From Acetobacterales bacterium (GTDB lineage: Bacteria > Pseudomonadota > Alphaproteobacteria > Acetobacterales > Acetobacteraceae), in the NCBI GenBank assembly GCA_038229135.1, contig JBBROS010000003.1, positions 38,323-62,322 of the forward strand: 24,000 nucleotides of DNA, written 5' to 3'. Positions 23,621 through 24,000 of this stretch are shown one piece after another. The notes beneath the pieces were generated by a model. That model did no database searches, had not been told where the DNA came from, and saw only the letters and a program-made list of their open reading frames with translations. Within the stretch, counting starts at the first letter, position 1; every line of letters starts with the position of its first letter. Both the position numbers and the translations under genes were made by a program.

Positions 23621-23655
23621 CCCCCCTTCCCTGTGCGGGAGGGGGCGGGGGAGGG
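23621..23655 (+). repeat. REP-like element copy E: CCCCCCTTCCC-TGTGC-GGGAGGGGG-C-GGGGGAGGG
   Basis: Read directly. It starts 30 nt after the stop at 23590, in a convergent intergenic region. It is followed by TTGACCGC, as in copy B. Confidence 0.8.
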
Positions 23656-23657
23656 TT

Positions 23658-23673
23658 GACCGCGAGCGCGGTC
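23658..23673. terminator. GC hairpin GACCGC-GAGC-GCGGTC adjoining REP copy E (possible bidirectional terminator component)
   Basis: Perfect 6-bp stem with a 4-nt loop, read directly, between convergent genes ending at 23590 and 23684. There is no U-tract, so terminator function is inferred. Confidence 0.3.
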
Positions 23674-23683
23674 CTCCATCGGC

Positions 23684-24000
23684 TCACCCGCGCCGCACCA
23701 CCGCAGCATCCGGCACCACCTGGTCCAGGATCCGCGCCGAGGACACCACCCCCGGCACCCCCGCCCCAGGATGCGTCCCGGCGCCCACGAAGTAGAGCCC
23801 CGCAACCTCCTCGCTGATGTTGTGCGGTCGGAACCAGGCGCTCTGGAACAACTGCGGCTCCAGCGAGAACGCCGCCCCGTCCATCGACAGCAGCCGGTCC
23901 TGGAAATCCTGCGGCGTCAGCATCCTCGAGGTCACGATACACTCGCCCAGGCCCGGCAGCACCGTCTCCTCCAGCCGCTGCTGGATGCGCGCGCGGTAGG
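23684..24000 (-). CDS. crtI: phytoene desaturase, C-terminal part (5' end outside window)
   Basis: The frame stays open to the window edge. The C-terminal signature is TPQDFQDRLLSMDGAAFSLEPQLFQSAWFRPHN ... LYFVGAGTHPGAGVPGVVSSA. Confidence 0.8.
   Translation of the reverse strand, partial: YRARIQQRLEETVLPGLGECIVTSRMLTPQDFQDRLLSMDGAAFSLEPQLFQSAWFRPHNISEEVAGLYFVGAGTHPGAGVPGVVSSARILDQVVPDAAVVRRG

Noticed and set aside
3781-23655. Could the repeated GC-rich elements be a CRISPR array?
   Set aside because: The copies are 2-8 kb apart and separated by whole genes, not by 25-50 bp spacers. There are no cas genes. The architecture is REP-like.

Overview
Very GC-rich bacterial chromosomal segment, roughly 70% GC by eye. 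It is most consistent with an alphaproteobacterium (Acetobacteraceae/Rhodospirillales-like); that is an inference from gene content, codon bias and the type of intergenic repeat. I can support 24 protein-coding genes, mostly housekeeping or widely conserved. In order: MFS transporter 3' part; small membrane ORF; wHTH-TPR regulator with a PAP2/vanadium-haloperoxidase-like protein; HAD-IIA hydrolase with pyrD; three small hypothetical genes in and beside a lower-GC islet; an XRE-S24 LexA-like repressor; a LuxR solo; DUF1194 (vWA) with an aldo/keto reductase; two YsnF/DUF2382 stress genes; a DUF3833 lipoprotein; a Nudix-like protein; a YhdP/AsmA-like giant envelope protein; glnE-bcp; an orphan ABC substrate-binding protein with an atypical SDR; a CAP-domain RTX protein; and the crtI 3' end. 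I see no rRNA, tRNA, CRISPR array, transposase, integrase or recognisable defence genes. I do not see a convincing new multi-gene system and will not claim one. The strongest signal not explained by genes is a five-copy REP-like intergenic family: one C-rich arm followed by two tandem G-rich arms. All copies share one orientation, and four of the five carry a canonical short-loop G-quadruplex motif that competes with hairpin formation. Secondary candidates: the lower-GC islet (about 6.2-7.0 kb) with two or three unknown small genes divergent from a self-cleaving-type repressor; a LuxR solo with substituted AHL-contact residues; an SDR lacking the Ser/Tyr/Lys triad, paired with an orphan binding protein; a nested perfect inverted repeat at 3845-3940; and a His-rich 15-nt tandem repeat inside the regulator. 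All family calls are by-eye motif recognition. No database search was run.
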